Source: Vicugna vicugna | Taxonomy: Eukaryota | Length of the DNA: 64,000 bases | Assembly: GCA_013265495.1 (NCBI GenBank) | Contig: MU058636.1 | Location: forward strand, 1,612,001-1,676,000 | Direction: 5' to 3' | Part shown: positions 39,661 through 51,225 of the stretch, piece by piece | Layout: each line of letters starts with the position of its first letter | Position numbering within the stretch: the first letter of the stretch is position 1 | Notes under the pieces: generated by a model | Told to the model about the DNA's origin: nothing | Database searches by the model: none | What the model saw: the letters and a program-made list of their open reading frames with translations, nothing else | Program-made: the position numbers and the translations under genes

Positions 39661-39697
39661 GCGCCCCCTTGTGCGCGGAGTTTACACTAGGTGGCGT
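39661..39697. promoter_or_regulatory. Pair of CTCF-like motifs in divergent orientation
   Basis: CGCACAAGGGGGCGC on the minus strand (39661-39675) and ACACTAGGTGGCGT on the plus strand (39684-39697). Both resemble the CCASYAGRKGGCRS core. Confidence 0.55.
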
Positions 39698-39825
39698 GCC
39701 AGGAAAGCCAAACAAACTCAAACTTGGTCCTGTGCAAGCAGGGTTCTCTGGCGCTCACTTCGGCCGGTGGGTGCAGCTTTGGGGTCAGTATGTGGTTTGT
39801 GAGTGCTTTCTTTTCTCCCCTCCAG

Positions 39826-40093
39826 GATGAAGTGTCCTCTTGCTGGTACAAATAAAAGATTTCTAATTAACACAATTAAGAACACACTGCCCTCTCATAA
39901 GGAGCAAGACCACGAACAAAAAGAGGGCAGTAAGGAGCCCGCGAGAAGCCAGAACCAGAAGGAGGCGAGCCGGCAGAAGCACAGGACGCACCCCTACGAG
40001 CAGGGCGCGCAGACCCGGGGCGCCGCCCGCCGCTCGCCGCCGAGGAAGCGGGGCAGCCCGGAGCGCGGCGGGAAGCGGCCCGGCAAGCGGTGA
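39826..40093 (+). CDS. POLR1D: POLR1D isoform 2 terminal exon (W-MKCPLAGTNKRFLINTIKNTLP...KRPGKR), 122 aa in total
   Basis: Acceptor CTTTCTTTTCTCCCCTCCAG|. 26+75+268 = 369 nt = 122 aa plus TGA, with an intact frame. Confidence 0.93.
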
Positions 40094-40304
40094 GGCCCGG
40101 GCCCGCGGCTGGCGGCGCAAACACCCTCACCCCAGACGGGCTTCCCGGCTGGTCCGCTGTCCTGACCGCAGAAAATCACCCAAGACTCCGAGGGGAGAGG
40201 ACAAAGGGGCCGCTCTGAAGACGTCTTGGCGAGTCTGAGCTGCTTCCGCGGTGTAACACACACGTGTACCGTTTTCCTTCTATCCCTTTGGAAGTTGGTT
40301 TCAA

Positions 40305-40841
40305 AATAAATCCAGAACTTAGTTTTCAGAGATTGTTCAGACTAGTTTCAGTTTTTCTAATGTGCTGCATTTGTGGTTATTTCTCACAATCTCTCTCGAA
40401 AAAAAAAAAAAACTTGTAAGTCCTACACTTTGCTTTTTTGAGGTGACAAATTAAAATTTTAGAAATCTGTCCAGTAACCATATTTATGAAAAGTTGTAGC
40501 CCTCCACAGGCTGGAAATTTACCAAGAAATTGATGGCTCTGCACCTGTTGGCCTTTATGTAGGAAAATATCAAAATCCCTTTGAATTTAGTATTCCTTGT
40601 CAATAACCAGAGGTTAAAAATGGGCTCTGTTGTTTCCTTGTGCATTCTCAGACTCATTCCTGAGATAGAACAGTTTTTTCTATATTTAATTTTGGGGGCA
40701 ATATGTACGTTTTAAGTGGTGCTTTAAAAAGAATCTTCAAAAGTTAAAATAAACCTTATTTTAGTGCTATGCTTTGTTTAGCTAAAGACCTATGATACCA
40801 CTTTTAGTCTAGCTGTTTCAGAAATCTGAATTTTAAATAAA
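40305..40841 (+). terminator. POLR1D: Candidate polyadenylation signals of isoform 2
   Basis: AATAAA at 40305-40310, 40748-40753 and 40836-40841, each followed by T/GT-rich sequence. Confidence 0.65.
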
Positions 40842-42769
40842 AGTGTGTTTACAATGCCTTTTTTGTTTTTTCAATATCAGTGTGACTCAGTTTTAACATA
40901 CAATTATAAATCTTTTGAACCTATATTCTTCCTTTCACACTCAGGAAAATGTCGGCAAGCACCCTCCTCCCCTGTCCACAAAAGGAAGACGAATCTAAGA
41001 AGAGTCTGTCTCTCTGTCCATATCCCCCCCACCCCCAAATCTTCCAAAGCCACTGAGCTTATGCCTGGCTGCTCCCAGATAATCAGTCGCTGCAGCCCAG
41101 CTCCCTGCTTCCTGGCAGCAGAGAAAACCCTTTCTAAATGCTAGAAAGGAGCATATCCGTAAAGTTAGCTTTGGCGGAAGTTAGAGGAACCAGAACAGAT
41201 GCGTACCGCTCCTGCCCCGGCCAGTGAGCTCTGCCACACCTGCTCAGTCTGCCCGGACGGGACACAGACCAGAGCTGTCCCACTCTGCACCCTTCTCCCC
41301 TAGGCCCCGGGCCTCACCTGTGACTTCCTACCAACACTCTCCCCTCTCAAACACTCCAAAGGAAGCACTTCGTTCACATGACTTTACCCAGATCTAGTTA
41401 CGCATTGGCCTGTTATCTGTGCTAAATTTGAGATGTCTTATATTTAAGTATCTACTAGAAATGGTGGGGTCATGGTTTTTAAAAATTCTTGTTATAATGA
41501 AGTAGAATAAAGTTGAGTTGTATCATTTGTCTATGTGCTCCATGTTTAGAGCAAATGGGCAAGTTCATTGTTCTTTAAAGGGAGATGATTATAACAAGCA
41601 TGTATCTTCCAATCGGAAGTAAGGGAAGCTCTCTAGCCTGATCACACTTACCTTTCTCACACAACTGTGTTAAAGGACAACTGTTCTACAAAACCGTTTT
41701 CCCTTTAAAAACCACTTCTGAAATTATTAAATCTTTGAAACTTTCATCAAGAGCAAATTATCCATTCATATTCCACCTCTCCACAGTAGATGTTAGAGAG
41801 AGTCTGTCCTGAGATACACACACCAGCTACTTTGTGCTTCTGCGGTTAAGATACTGGCATCGCTGAGTGTCCATCCACCTCGGTGTCAGTGGCCAGCGTC
41901 CAGCAGAATTGTACTGAGGGAATCACACAGCCCAGGATGGGAAGTGGAGGACTTGAATTTCAGCCCCACCTCTGCCGTTGGCTTACTGTGGGACCTTATC
42001 TGGGCCACTTCCCTGCACCCCGTATCCTCCTCACCTGCAAACTAAGGTGTTTGTGGTGAGTCTCCAGTTTTAAAACAAGTAGAGACAGAAGGGCACGCGT
42101 TAGCCCTAAGCTCAGGGACTGCATTTCGTGCCTCCACTCAAACACGCAGCAGGAGTTAAACACAAACGTGACTTAGCAAAATTCACTTTCTGTTTTGCCT
42201 CATCTTAGAAAACACAGCCTCTAAGAAAAGTGAATGAGAAGCCATGGTCTCTGCCTTGTCCCGTCCCCTGCTGGTGGCTAGTCTTTCTGAACAGCCCAGA
42301 CACGAAGGGAGTGCAAGCCAGGTAGGTAGTTTTACCAAGAGCAGGCTACGTACTAAGGACGTTTCCTCAGGTCTGATTCTGGAAGATGGTCATGCAGTTT
42401 TTAATTTCTCTTGTGATTTTTCTTTTGGCAGGGTGGATAAATCTGCCTCAAATCTACATAGTGGGATTTATCATTCTTTCACTGATTATTAATGTGATTA
42501 GCATGCTCGTCTATGTTTATATTATTACATAATATCTGTCACCCCTAGAAGTCATGCCGCTGTCCTTGGATCATAGAGTATCTGGTAGGTAATCAGTGAT
42601 TGTTTAATAGACGTTACCTGCGGTGAATTTCTGATAAAGTTCGCCTTGCCACTTTCCTAAGGAGTGTTAAACCCATAAGGATTCTCACCACAAGGTATCG
42701 TAGGCTACAATGGAAACCGTGGACAATAACATTTTTTGTGGCATTTATGGGCAAACATGGGTGGCGCTT

Positions 42770-42915
42770 TTCCACCCAGCTTTATTGAGATATTCAGTAT
42801 CTGACATATAACACTGTGTAAGTTTAAGGTGTGCAATATGATGATTTGATGTAAGTTTATATTGTGAACTGATTACCACAATAAGGTTAGTTAACACATT
42901 CATTACCTCACAGTT

Positions 42916-42949
<34 letters not shown>

Positions 42950-42962
42950 TGAGAAATTTAAG
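42770..42962 (-). mobile_element. L1MA-type 3' end containing a (GT)15 microsatellite
   Basis: CAGCTTTATTGAGATA...AAGTTTAAGGTGT...AGTTAACACATTCATTACCTCACA, with a GT repeat at 42918-42948. Confidence 0.8.
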
Positions 42963-45900
42963 ACAGGCCTTTTAAAACCCTGTGTCCATATGGTTATCTT
43001 ACAACCCTATGAGGAAGGTGTCATCACTCCCTTTTACAAATAAGGAAACTGAGAAGCATTTAATAGACTGCCCACGGTCACAGAAGTGGCAGAAATCCTA
43101 TCTGAAGCCAGGACTGTCTGAATCAAAAACCTATGTTCTTTCCTCTACCTTATGCTGAACTTTGATCCAAACTCAGCTCCCTCAAAACACAGGACTAGGA
43201 TGTCTCAATGTATATACGTCCCAAGGGGTCCCAATTTAAGAACCTAAAACCCTTTTATAACCAATGCACTTCATTGGTTAAAATTTACTCCTGGAGACCT
43301 GAATGCAGAAGCTCTGTGCAGGGGACATTTGCACTGCGGCAATGCCTCCCCATAGGACACTTTAGACAGCTGCCTAAATCCAAGAAAGAAACTCTCACCG
43401 TTCTGTTGTTTAAGCAGTTAAATGGCAGCCGATGGACTGGAAACTCAACTCTCCATGTGAAGCACGTATTTCAGGTTACTTCACATTTAACCTTTTTTCC
43501 ACCCACAAAAATAGCAAGATTTAGGAGTTTAAAAGTCTTAGAGTCAAGGCCTCTTTGGTACTATACACAACATCCTATGATCCAAGGAAAGTACACTGCC
43601 TCTACCTCGACCTCCTTGGAAAGGTGTGTCACAGATCACAGCCTGAGCCCTACCCTGTGGCTCATCTGAGTCTAGACAGTGAGGAGACTTTGCCAAATGG
43701 AAACACTTGTTCTCATTCTGGAAAAGACGGCAGAGAAGCGGGCTCTCTCACACACAGGAACACATCAAAAAGTAAATTAATTAATGAATCCACATTAAAC
43801 TGGCATGACAACGCAGTAAACATGATTCAGAGGAATTTCATAAATAAGTCATTTTTACTTGGGTTGCAAATCTCAGCAGAAAGCCTTGGGCATTATGAAA
43901 AGGCCAATAATTAAAAACTTAGACTTGGAAGCATTATTAATAGTTGATTATATGAGCAACTTCTTCCATCTATTTGACCCTGTAATTTTCACTGTTGGTT
44001 TATATAACTTATAAAAATTTCCTCAGTGAGACAGAAACTCCAGGTATAACGTATTTTATAAAATACCAGAGGGAGATGTTTCTCCACCAGGTGAACGTAT
44101 AGCCTGCCTTCCGCAGTGGTCCCCGATCTCTCCTAAATTGTTTTTTCTCATTTATTCCTCTGGTGTAGTCCTCTCAAAATGAACTAGTCTATGCTGTCCA
44201 ATTACGAACCTCTGTTAAGTCCAAATTATACATCTATCAGTCTGATGGGTAGTCTTTCAAAGCTCAATGTCAGTCTACAAAGGTAAACCAGCAAGACTGG
44301 TCTTTAATCCTATATCCCACAGGGAGAGCAAACTGTCCATTCTCACTCACTCAGTAAACACAGAACCAAACACTGCGACAAGCACAAGCTGGGCCCAGAC
44401 CTGAGCAGTTCAGCTCCTGTCCTCCAAATCTGCCAGACCATGTTCACATCTTCCAAATGGAAAGGTGTAGCGTATTTGCGCAGCGCAAGATTTGCTTCCT
44501 AAAACTATCCTGGCCCCACCTGCAGGTATCCAACCTTCCTGCAGGAAGCAGCTGGTGGCCGTTCACCAGCACAAACGCAGCACAGACGCTTTCATTTTCA
44601 TTCTTTAAGAGAAGTTTTTCATTTGGATGAGTTCTAATAATATGTAGATATCTAATGAATCTTCCAAGTCTGTATGTGTTTCAAAATGTATATATATAAT
44701 CAGCTCATGTAAAACTACTAGAAACACATGAGGAACAGAGTAAAAATTCGGCAGAAGATGAAATATTGACAAAATATAAACACCTAATGAGCATATGAAA
44801 AAATATCTCACCAGTAAACAAAAAACGCAAATTAAAATGACTTTCTCACCTTTCAAGTTAGCAGTTTTAACCAAGTAATTCTGTGACAAATGTGGTGATA
44901 CAAACATTCTTCAAAAGACAATTAGTGAGTGGATAAAATGGCTCAAATTTCCAGGAAGCTTTAAAATGTCCTCTTTTGTTAATAAAAAACCCCGCTTCTA
45001 AGAGTTTCTCAGTTAGATTCTGTGTTCAATTTGGTATATATCCTTATCGAGATATTTGCTAAAATAATCTCGTCTCAGTACTTGACTTTCCGTTCATGCC
45101 CTTGTTTTAATGATTCTGCTTTATTACCAACAAACTTAGCAATAATATCAAAGTAAAAAGGTAAATAAATCACAAACCTCTTTTCTCAGATGTTAATTAC
45201 GTTCATTTTCCCCACGTTCCCTTGTAGGCCGGACCACACGCTATAAAGCTGGGATGGTCTTTTGCAGGATGCAGTGTTTGCTCTGAATTAGTGGCCAATA
45301 AATTGTTCTTCGTCTCCTAAAGCCAGAACACAAGAGGATGTGGAAACTCACAAAATTTAAATTAATGATTCACTCTCAAAAAATATGTGCTCCCTTCTCT
45401 CTAAATCTCTGAGCTCTGCAGGTCTGATCTAGTGCCCCATGGAGAAAGAGTGCTTGATACACCTGGGGTCACGGTAGTGGTTCCACCGAGATGGAAGTCA
45501 GGACTACCCAATGGTAATTTCAGCCTCCTCTTAAACCACTGGGAGTTTGACCAGGAAGGTTAAAAGAAAATTGGCACCAAATCTTGGAACTGGAGGAAGC
45601 TTAGGAGGACTTCTGGTCCACCTCTGTGAGTGACCACACTCAGGGGTAAAGGTTAGTGGAAGCACAAGGTCGTGGCCACATGGGCCAAGTCATGCCAAGC
45701 CCACACAGTTCCTTCACATGAATGAGAGCAAGTTGTGTTGTGTACTTTCCACTGCTGAAGTCTGTGATGCCTTGGCCAGCTAAGTACAAGCTGGATTCTG
45801 CCCTGATTCGTACCCTCAGCTGGGAGCCTTGTTGCACGTTCCATCACTTAGGGTTCCATGCAGCAGCCCTGCCAAGGACTCAGACAGCTCATGAATGAAG

Positions 45901-46349
45901 GTCTAGGTTATCCCACTAGACAAAGAGCCCTGACCAGCTGAGGTGCTGGCTAAAGGCAACTGGACCATGGAATGAGCAGCAGAGGACAGAAATAATAAAT
46001 ACCAGCCATACTGTCATGACTGGTTGAAGAAATAAAGATTATATCTTTTGATGATTTAAATGAGTTTTCCATTTCTTTTCTCTTCCTTTCCCTCAAAATT
46101 ATATATACAATGTCTTGGCTGTAGTTTGATTTTCCCTTGAGTCTACAGAAGTGAGTGAGCATTGAGACAGAGCTAGAAGTAGAGTGAAATCAGGTGGCGA
46201 TCCTGGAGCCCAGGGGCCTCGTGACGTCACTTCCAGAAGCAGTGGCGGGGTGTGACGCTAGTTTTCCTTTTGGTAAAGTGAGTGGGTCTGTATGTATGAC
46301 AGTATCACTGGGATAGACTGGGATATTTTTGGAACAGTGTGTGTCTGCA

Positions 46350-46795
46350 TGATCTCAGTGTGGACTAGAATGACTTTCTTTCCTTGGTACCTCTTCCTGC
46401 TCTTCCATTTGGAACAGATTCTTGTCCAGCCATTGGGGTGGTCACACGAGCCAGGCTATGCCAATCAAACAGACTACTTCAACTCTGAAGCCAAAAAAGA
46501 CTCATCCAAGCAGGAGATCTGACCAAAGCAGGTGCAGATTAGGCTAATAAAGTCTGAACAGAAACCTACAGAACTTGGAATCTGAACGGAAACCTACAGA
46601 GAGAAGGTACGTGGAGCTGCAGTCATCGGATAGTCCTGTGTTCCTGCTTCTAAGTTCCCCAGAGAACCCTCGTCCTGTCTTTCCCCAAGCTTGGCTGTGA
46701 AGCTGTTTGTCAGTATTCTTCCAATAAATTCCCTTTGAGCTTTAATTCACTGTGCAGGCGTCTACTGCTTGCAACCAAGGAACCTTAGCTACTGC
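46350..46795 (+). mobile_element. Old MaLR/ERVL-type LTR
   Basis: 3' end CCAATAAATTCCCTTT...TGCTTGCAACCAAGGAACC. Internal duplicated TCTGAACRGAAACCTACAGA at about 46553 and 46581. Confidence 0.5.
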
Positions 46796-47344
46796 AACTA
46801 TGCAAGTATAAAAGAAAAGAAAAAGAAGCTCCTAGATAGACGAAGTGAAAAATAGCAAAGAGAGAATGGTGTGTATAGCATGTTACAGTCTGTGCAAGAA
46901 AATGAGACAGCCTTGCCTGGGCATGGAATATCTTTGGACATGGCCGTATTCAAGAAACTGCAAGCAGAGTGGGGGGACTGGAGTGGAAGGCAGGCCTCCT
47001 TTTTTACTACTGTAACTTTTTTGAAAATTAAACCATGTACATTGTTTTGAAAATAATTATTTTGTTTTAAATAAAAGAATTAAGTAGATATACCTGCACT
47101 GTTATGGAAATGATAAAATGTTATGTGAAAAAAGCAAGCTGCAGCACTTTAAGAAAAATATGATCTCATCTGTGTATGGCTCTTGAGAAGGAGAGAGGGA
47201 GGGAGAGAGAGAGAGGGAGACAGAGTGTGTATGTATGTTTGTGTATGTGTGTACACACCTGTGCATATGTGTGTGGAAGGGTGTGGGGTAGTTTATATAC
47301 CTAGAAAAGCATCTGGAACTATACCTATCAAACTGACAGTAATA

Positions 47345-48745
47345 AACACAATAATCAACAGAGAAAAATGGAAAGCTCTTCCTCTAAGATCAGAAGCAAG
47401 ACAAGGATGCCTGCTATCACCACTCTTATTCAATAGAGTACTGCAAGTCCTAGCTAGAGCAATTAAACAAGAAATAAAATGCAACCAAATTGGAAAGGGA
47501 GAAGCAAAGCTGTTGCTGTTTGCAGATGATGTGATCCTGTATACAGAAAACCCCAAAGACTCAACCAAAAAACTGCTGGAACTAATAAAATTCTTCGGTA
47601 AGCTGCAGGATACAAAATCAATATACAGAAATTAGTTGCATTTCTATACACTCAGGATGAAACATCTGAAAAAGAAACTTAAAAAAACTATCCGATTTAT
47701 GATAGCATCAAAAATAAATAAAATACTTAAGAATACATTTAATCAAAGGAGTGAAAAGGTCTGTACAATAAAAACTACAAGGCTTTGGTGAAAGAAATTG
47801 AAGAAAACACAAACAAATGGAAAGGAATTCTATGTTTATGGATAAGAATAACTAATATTGTTAAAATGTCCATACTAACCATAGCCATCTATAGATTCAA
47901 AGCAATCCCCACCAAAATGCCACTGGCATTCTTTAAAGAAATAGAAAAAACAATCCCAAAATTTGTATGGAACCACAAAAGACCTTGAATTGCGACAGCA
48001 GTCCTGAAGGAAAAAGATAAAGCTGGAGGTGTCACACTTCCCAATTTCAAACTACACTGTGAAGCTACAGTAATCAAAACAGTATGGTACTGGCACAAAA
48101 CAGACACACAGAACAATGGAACAGAATAGAGAGCCTAGAGTTGAATACCTACTCATACAGTCAACTAACATTCAGCAAGGGCGCCAAGAGCACCCAATGG
48201 GGAAAGGATAGTTTCTTCAACGAGCAGTGCTGGGGACACTGGATAGGCATATGCAGAGCAATGAAATTGGATCCCTACCTTACACCACTCACAAAAATTA
48301 CCTTGAAATGGGTCAAAGACCATAAGGGATAAGACTGTGACTATAAAACTACTATAAGAAAATGTAGAGAATTTCCTTGACATTCATGATGGCAATGATT
48401 TTTTGGATACCACATCAAAAGCACAAACAACAAAAGCAAAAATCAGCAGGGACTACATCAAACTTAAAAGCTTTTGCACAGCAAAAGAAACAATTAACAA
48501 AATTAACAATTAACAAAAAGGCAGCCTACAGAATGGGAGAAAATTTTTGCAAACCATATATCGGATAAGGGGTTCATATCCAAAATATATTAAAAAATTC
48601 AAATTACTCAAAATCAAAAAAAGCAAACAATCCAATCCAAAAAATGGGCAGAAGAATTAAATAGATATTTTTCTAAAGAAGACACCCAGATGGCCAATAG
48701 GTACATGAAAAGATGCTCAGCATCACTAAGCATAAGGGAAATGCA
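47345..48745 (+). mobile_element. L1 ORF2 (reverse transcriptase to C-terminal region), disrupted
   Basis: Translations [31 protein letters not shown] and EQWNRIES are L1 ORF2 motifs, with several frameshifts and stops. Confidence 0.93.
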
Positions 48746-48789
48746 CTGCAGCATATGAAGAAACATCTATTTATTAAAAAGCAAATAAA

Positions 48790-50530
48790 ATTTGGTAAGA
48801 ACAGGGAGAGTCTGTGGTTTTTTAAATCAAAACCACTCACCACTCTAGAATTCTGCAGCCAAGAACACGGCCTCGTGTTGCCCCCATTCCCAATGGACGA
48901 GCTTTCTCCCAGAGGGGTAGTAGGATGCCAGCATTTCTCCTCCTGTCCCCAGCTACCTGCTGCTGAGACTAAGTTCTGAGCAAGTGTGGCCAAGCGGTTG
49001 GGCTGCTTTCTTCCACCTAGTTCCCACTGGTGACCACGGCTCTACCTTGGGCACAGTGCCACTGAGAATTCTGAGTCCCTGATCGCCCTTGCCCTGGCTT
49101 TAAGACAGTGGTTCCATGTCAAGAAGACCTGACAGTATGTCCCCACTCCACCTCATGCTCAGTTCATAAGGTGCGGGTGTAACTCAGAGAAAAGCACACC
49201 ATTGCCCACAAGACCCCCCAGCTCCAGAGCCCCAACCCAGAGATCTTTCCTGGTGGAAGAAGGAGACCATAAAATAGACAGCGCCTAATCTCTTCCCAAA
49301 GAAACTGACTTTGTCTGCAACAGAACATGGGGAAGTTCAAGCCTAATGCACTCTGAAACAGCAGGGGTTGTGGTGAAAGACAACTGGGAGGATGCTGGTA
49401 GATTTGTGGAAGAGACAGGCTAAACTGAAGACTGCCAGTTTGCAGGAGAGAACTAGGGGGAAAAACACCTGGGAGTAGCTCTCCTGGCTAAGAATAAACA
49501 TTGAACACTGACTGAAATGTAGGAACTATTTCTTCAGAGAAGCTAGAATTCCATTGGTTTGGTCTCTGGAACAACTGACGCCTCAGGGCATTGTTGAAAA
49601 CAATAGAGCAATTATCCCACAATTCGTGGAGTTTAGCAGTTAGGTGTGATCAAGGAAAAGACAGCTAAGAAGAGCCCTGTCAAAACAATGCCATCCAGGT
49701 GGCTGTGGGCACACCCAAGGCTGCACACCCTTACGTGAGAAGCAACACCTGAGGCTCAGCACTGTGTGTCTGGCTGTGTGTGTCTGGTGGTGTGTATGTG
49801 TGTGATAAATAGACTTCATCGAATAAAAGCTTGTCCCTAGACAACTAATCAAGCAAATGGGAAAGGGGTACCAGAACCCATAATTACTATTATAGATTAT
49901 CTAAGACGATCAATTTCCAATAAAAATGTATGGGACATACAAAGAAAAATATGGCTCATACACTCAGGAGAAAAAAAGCAGGCAACAGAAAGTGCCTGTA
50001 AGAGTGACCAGATACTGGACTTAACAGATGGAGACTTCAAAGTAGTTATAAAAATGTTCAAAGAACTATTGGAAACCATGATTTACAAAATACAGGGAGG
50101 TACGCTGATAATATTACATCAAATAAATTGTATCAATAAAAAGATAAAAATTATTTTAAAAGAACCAAATAAAAATTCTGGAGTTGAAAAGCATAATAAC
50201 AGAAGTGAAAAATTAACTAGAGGGGCTCAACTTCTTGTAGAAGAAGGAATTAACATACTTGAAGATAGTTTGATAGAGATTATGCAATCCAAAGGGCAAA
50301 GAGAAAAAAAAAAAAGAATGAAGAAAGATGACCAGAGCCTCAGGAATTGTGGGACACCACCAAGCACACCAACATACATGCAGTAGATGCCCCAGAAGAG
50401 GAGAAACAGAAAGAAAAAACATCTAAAGAAATAATGGCTGAAAACATGCCCAGTGTGTTGAAAAACACTAACCCACACATCCAGGAAGCTCAAACAATTC
50501 CACAAAAAGATCCACAAATAGACATAACAT

Positions 50531-50568
<38 letters not shown>

Positions 50569-50700
50569 AACAAAAAAAACAACAAAAAGAAAAAACAAAA
50601 AAAAAAAAAAAAAAAAAAAAAAAGCTGAAAGTCAGATACAAGGCGAAAATCTTGAAAGTAGCAAGAGAAGAATGACTTACCAAACAGATGAGTTACATGC
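48790..50700 (+). mobile_element. Old L1 5' UTR and ORF1 remnant
   Basis: KEIMAENMPSVLK...HIQEAQ and GAAAATCTTGAAAGTAGCAAGAGAA are L1 ORF1 motifs, interrupted by an A tract at 50534-50623. Confidence 0.7.
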
Positions 50701-50704
50701 AGAT

Positions 50705-51225
50705 TGATAGGAATTATGCTCCCTGCATCTTTCAAGCCTTTGGTGGTTGCACTCACCCCTGAGATACCACTCAGGGATTCAGTACGACTTCTGTTTATTT
50801 TTGGAAGGTAAGGACAATTCCCGGTTCTTTCACTTGGTTGTTCCTACCATAGTAACTCTTAGGCCATAGGTCACAAAGCCAACGTGGGAACCTGCCAGCT
50901 GTCAGGTATGTCTGTTCTAAGTACTCGGTCAGGAACAGGGTAAACAGTAAGACAGGTTTATGGACTCACAGCATCAGCTGGGAGAAGCACTCAGCAAAGT
51001 TCTGTTGACCACCTCATCCCTATAAACCTCCGCTGTCATTGGTGGGCTGCAGTGGAGTCCTGGGTCCCAGGGAATTAGCCAATGTCCAGAATTCCTGAAA
51101 AGTGGGTACTTCCCTGTTGCTGGTGTACACTTATTCTAATAAATGGCAGCAGGTCCTTTGGGAGGAATACTAGGAGGAAGCAGTGGAGGATGTATTCCTT
51201 CTTCAAGGGTGTCAGTCCTGTTGCT
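50705..51225 (-). mobile_element. ERVL (class III) protease / RT N-terminal fragment
   Basis: Minus-strand translation SATTKGLKDAGSIIP resembles ERVL SATIKDLKDAGVVIP. The upstream CCCAAAGGACCTG...CTGGACATTGGCT resembles the ERVL protease region. Confidence 0.65.

Noticed and set aside
43208..43914. Overlapping 153-aa and 119-aa ORFs downstream of POLR1D
   Set aside because: No family resemblance or exon signals that I can support.
50227..50756. Poly-Phe membrane-like ORFs on the minus strand
   Set aside because: Translation of the A tract.
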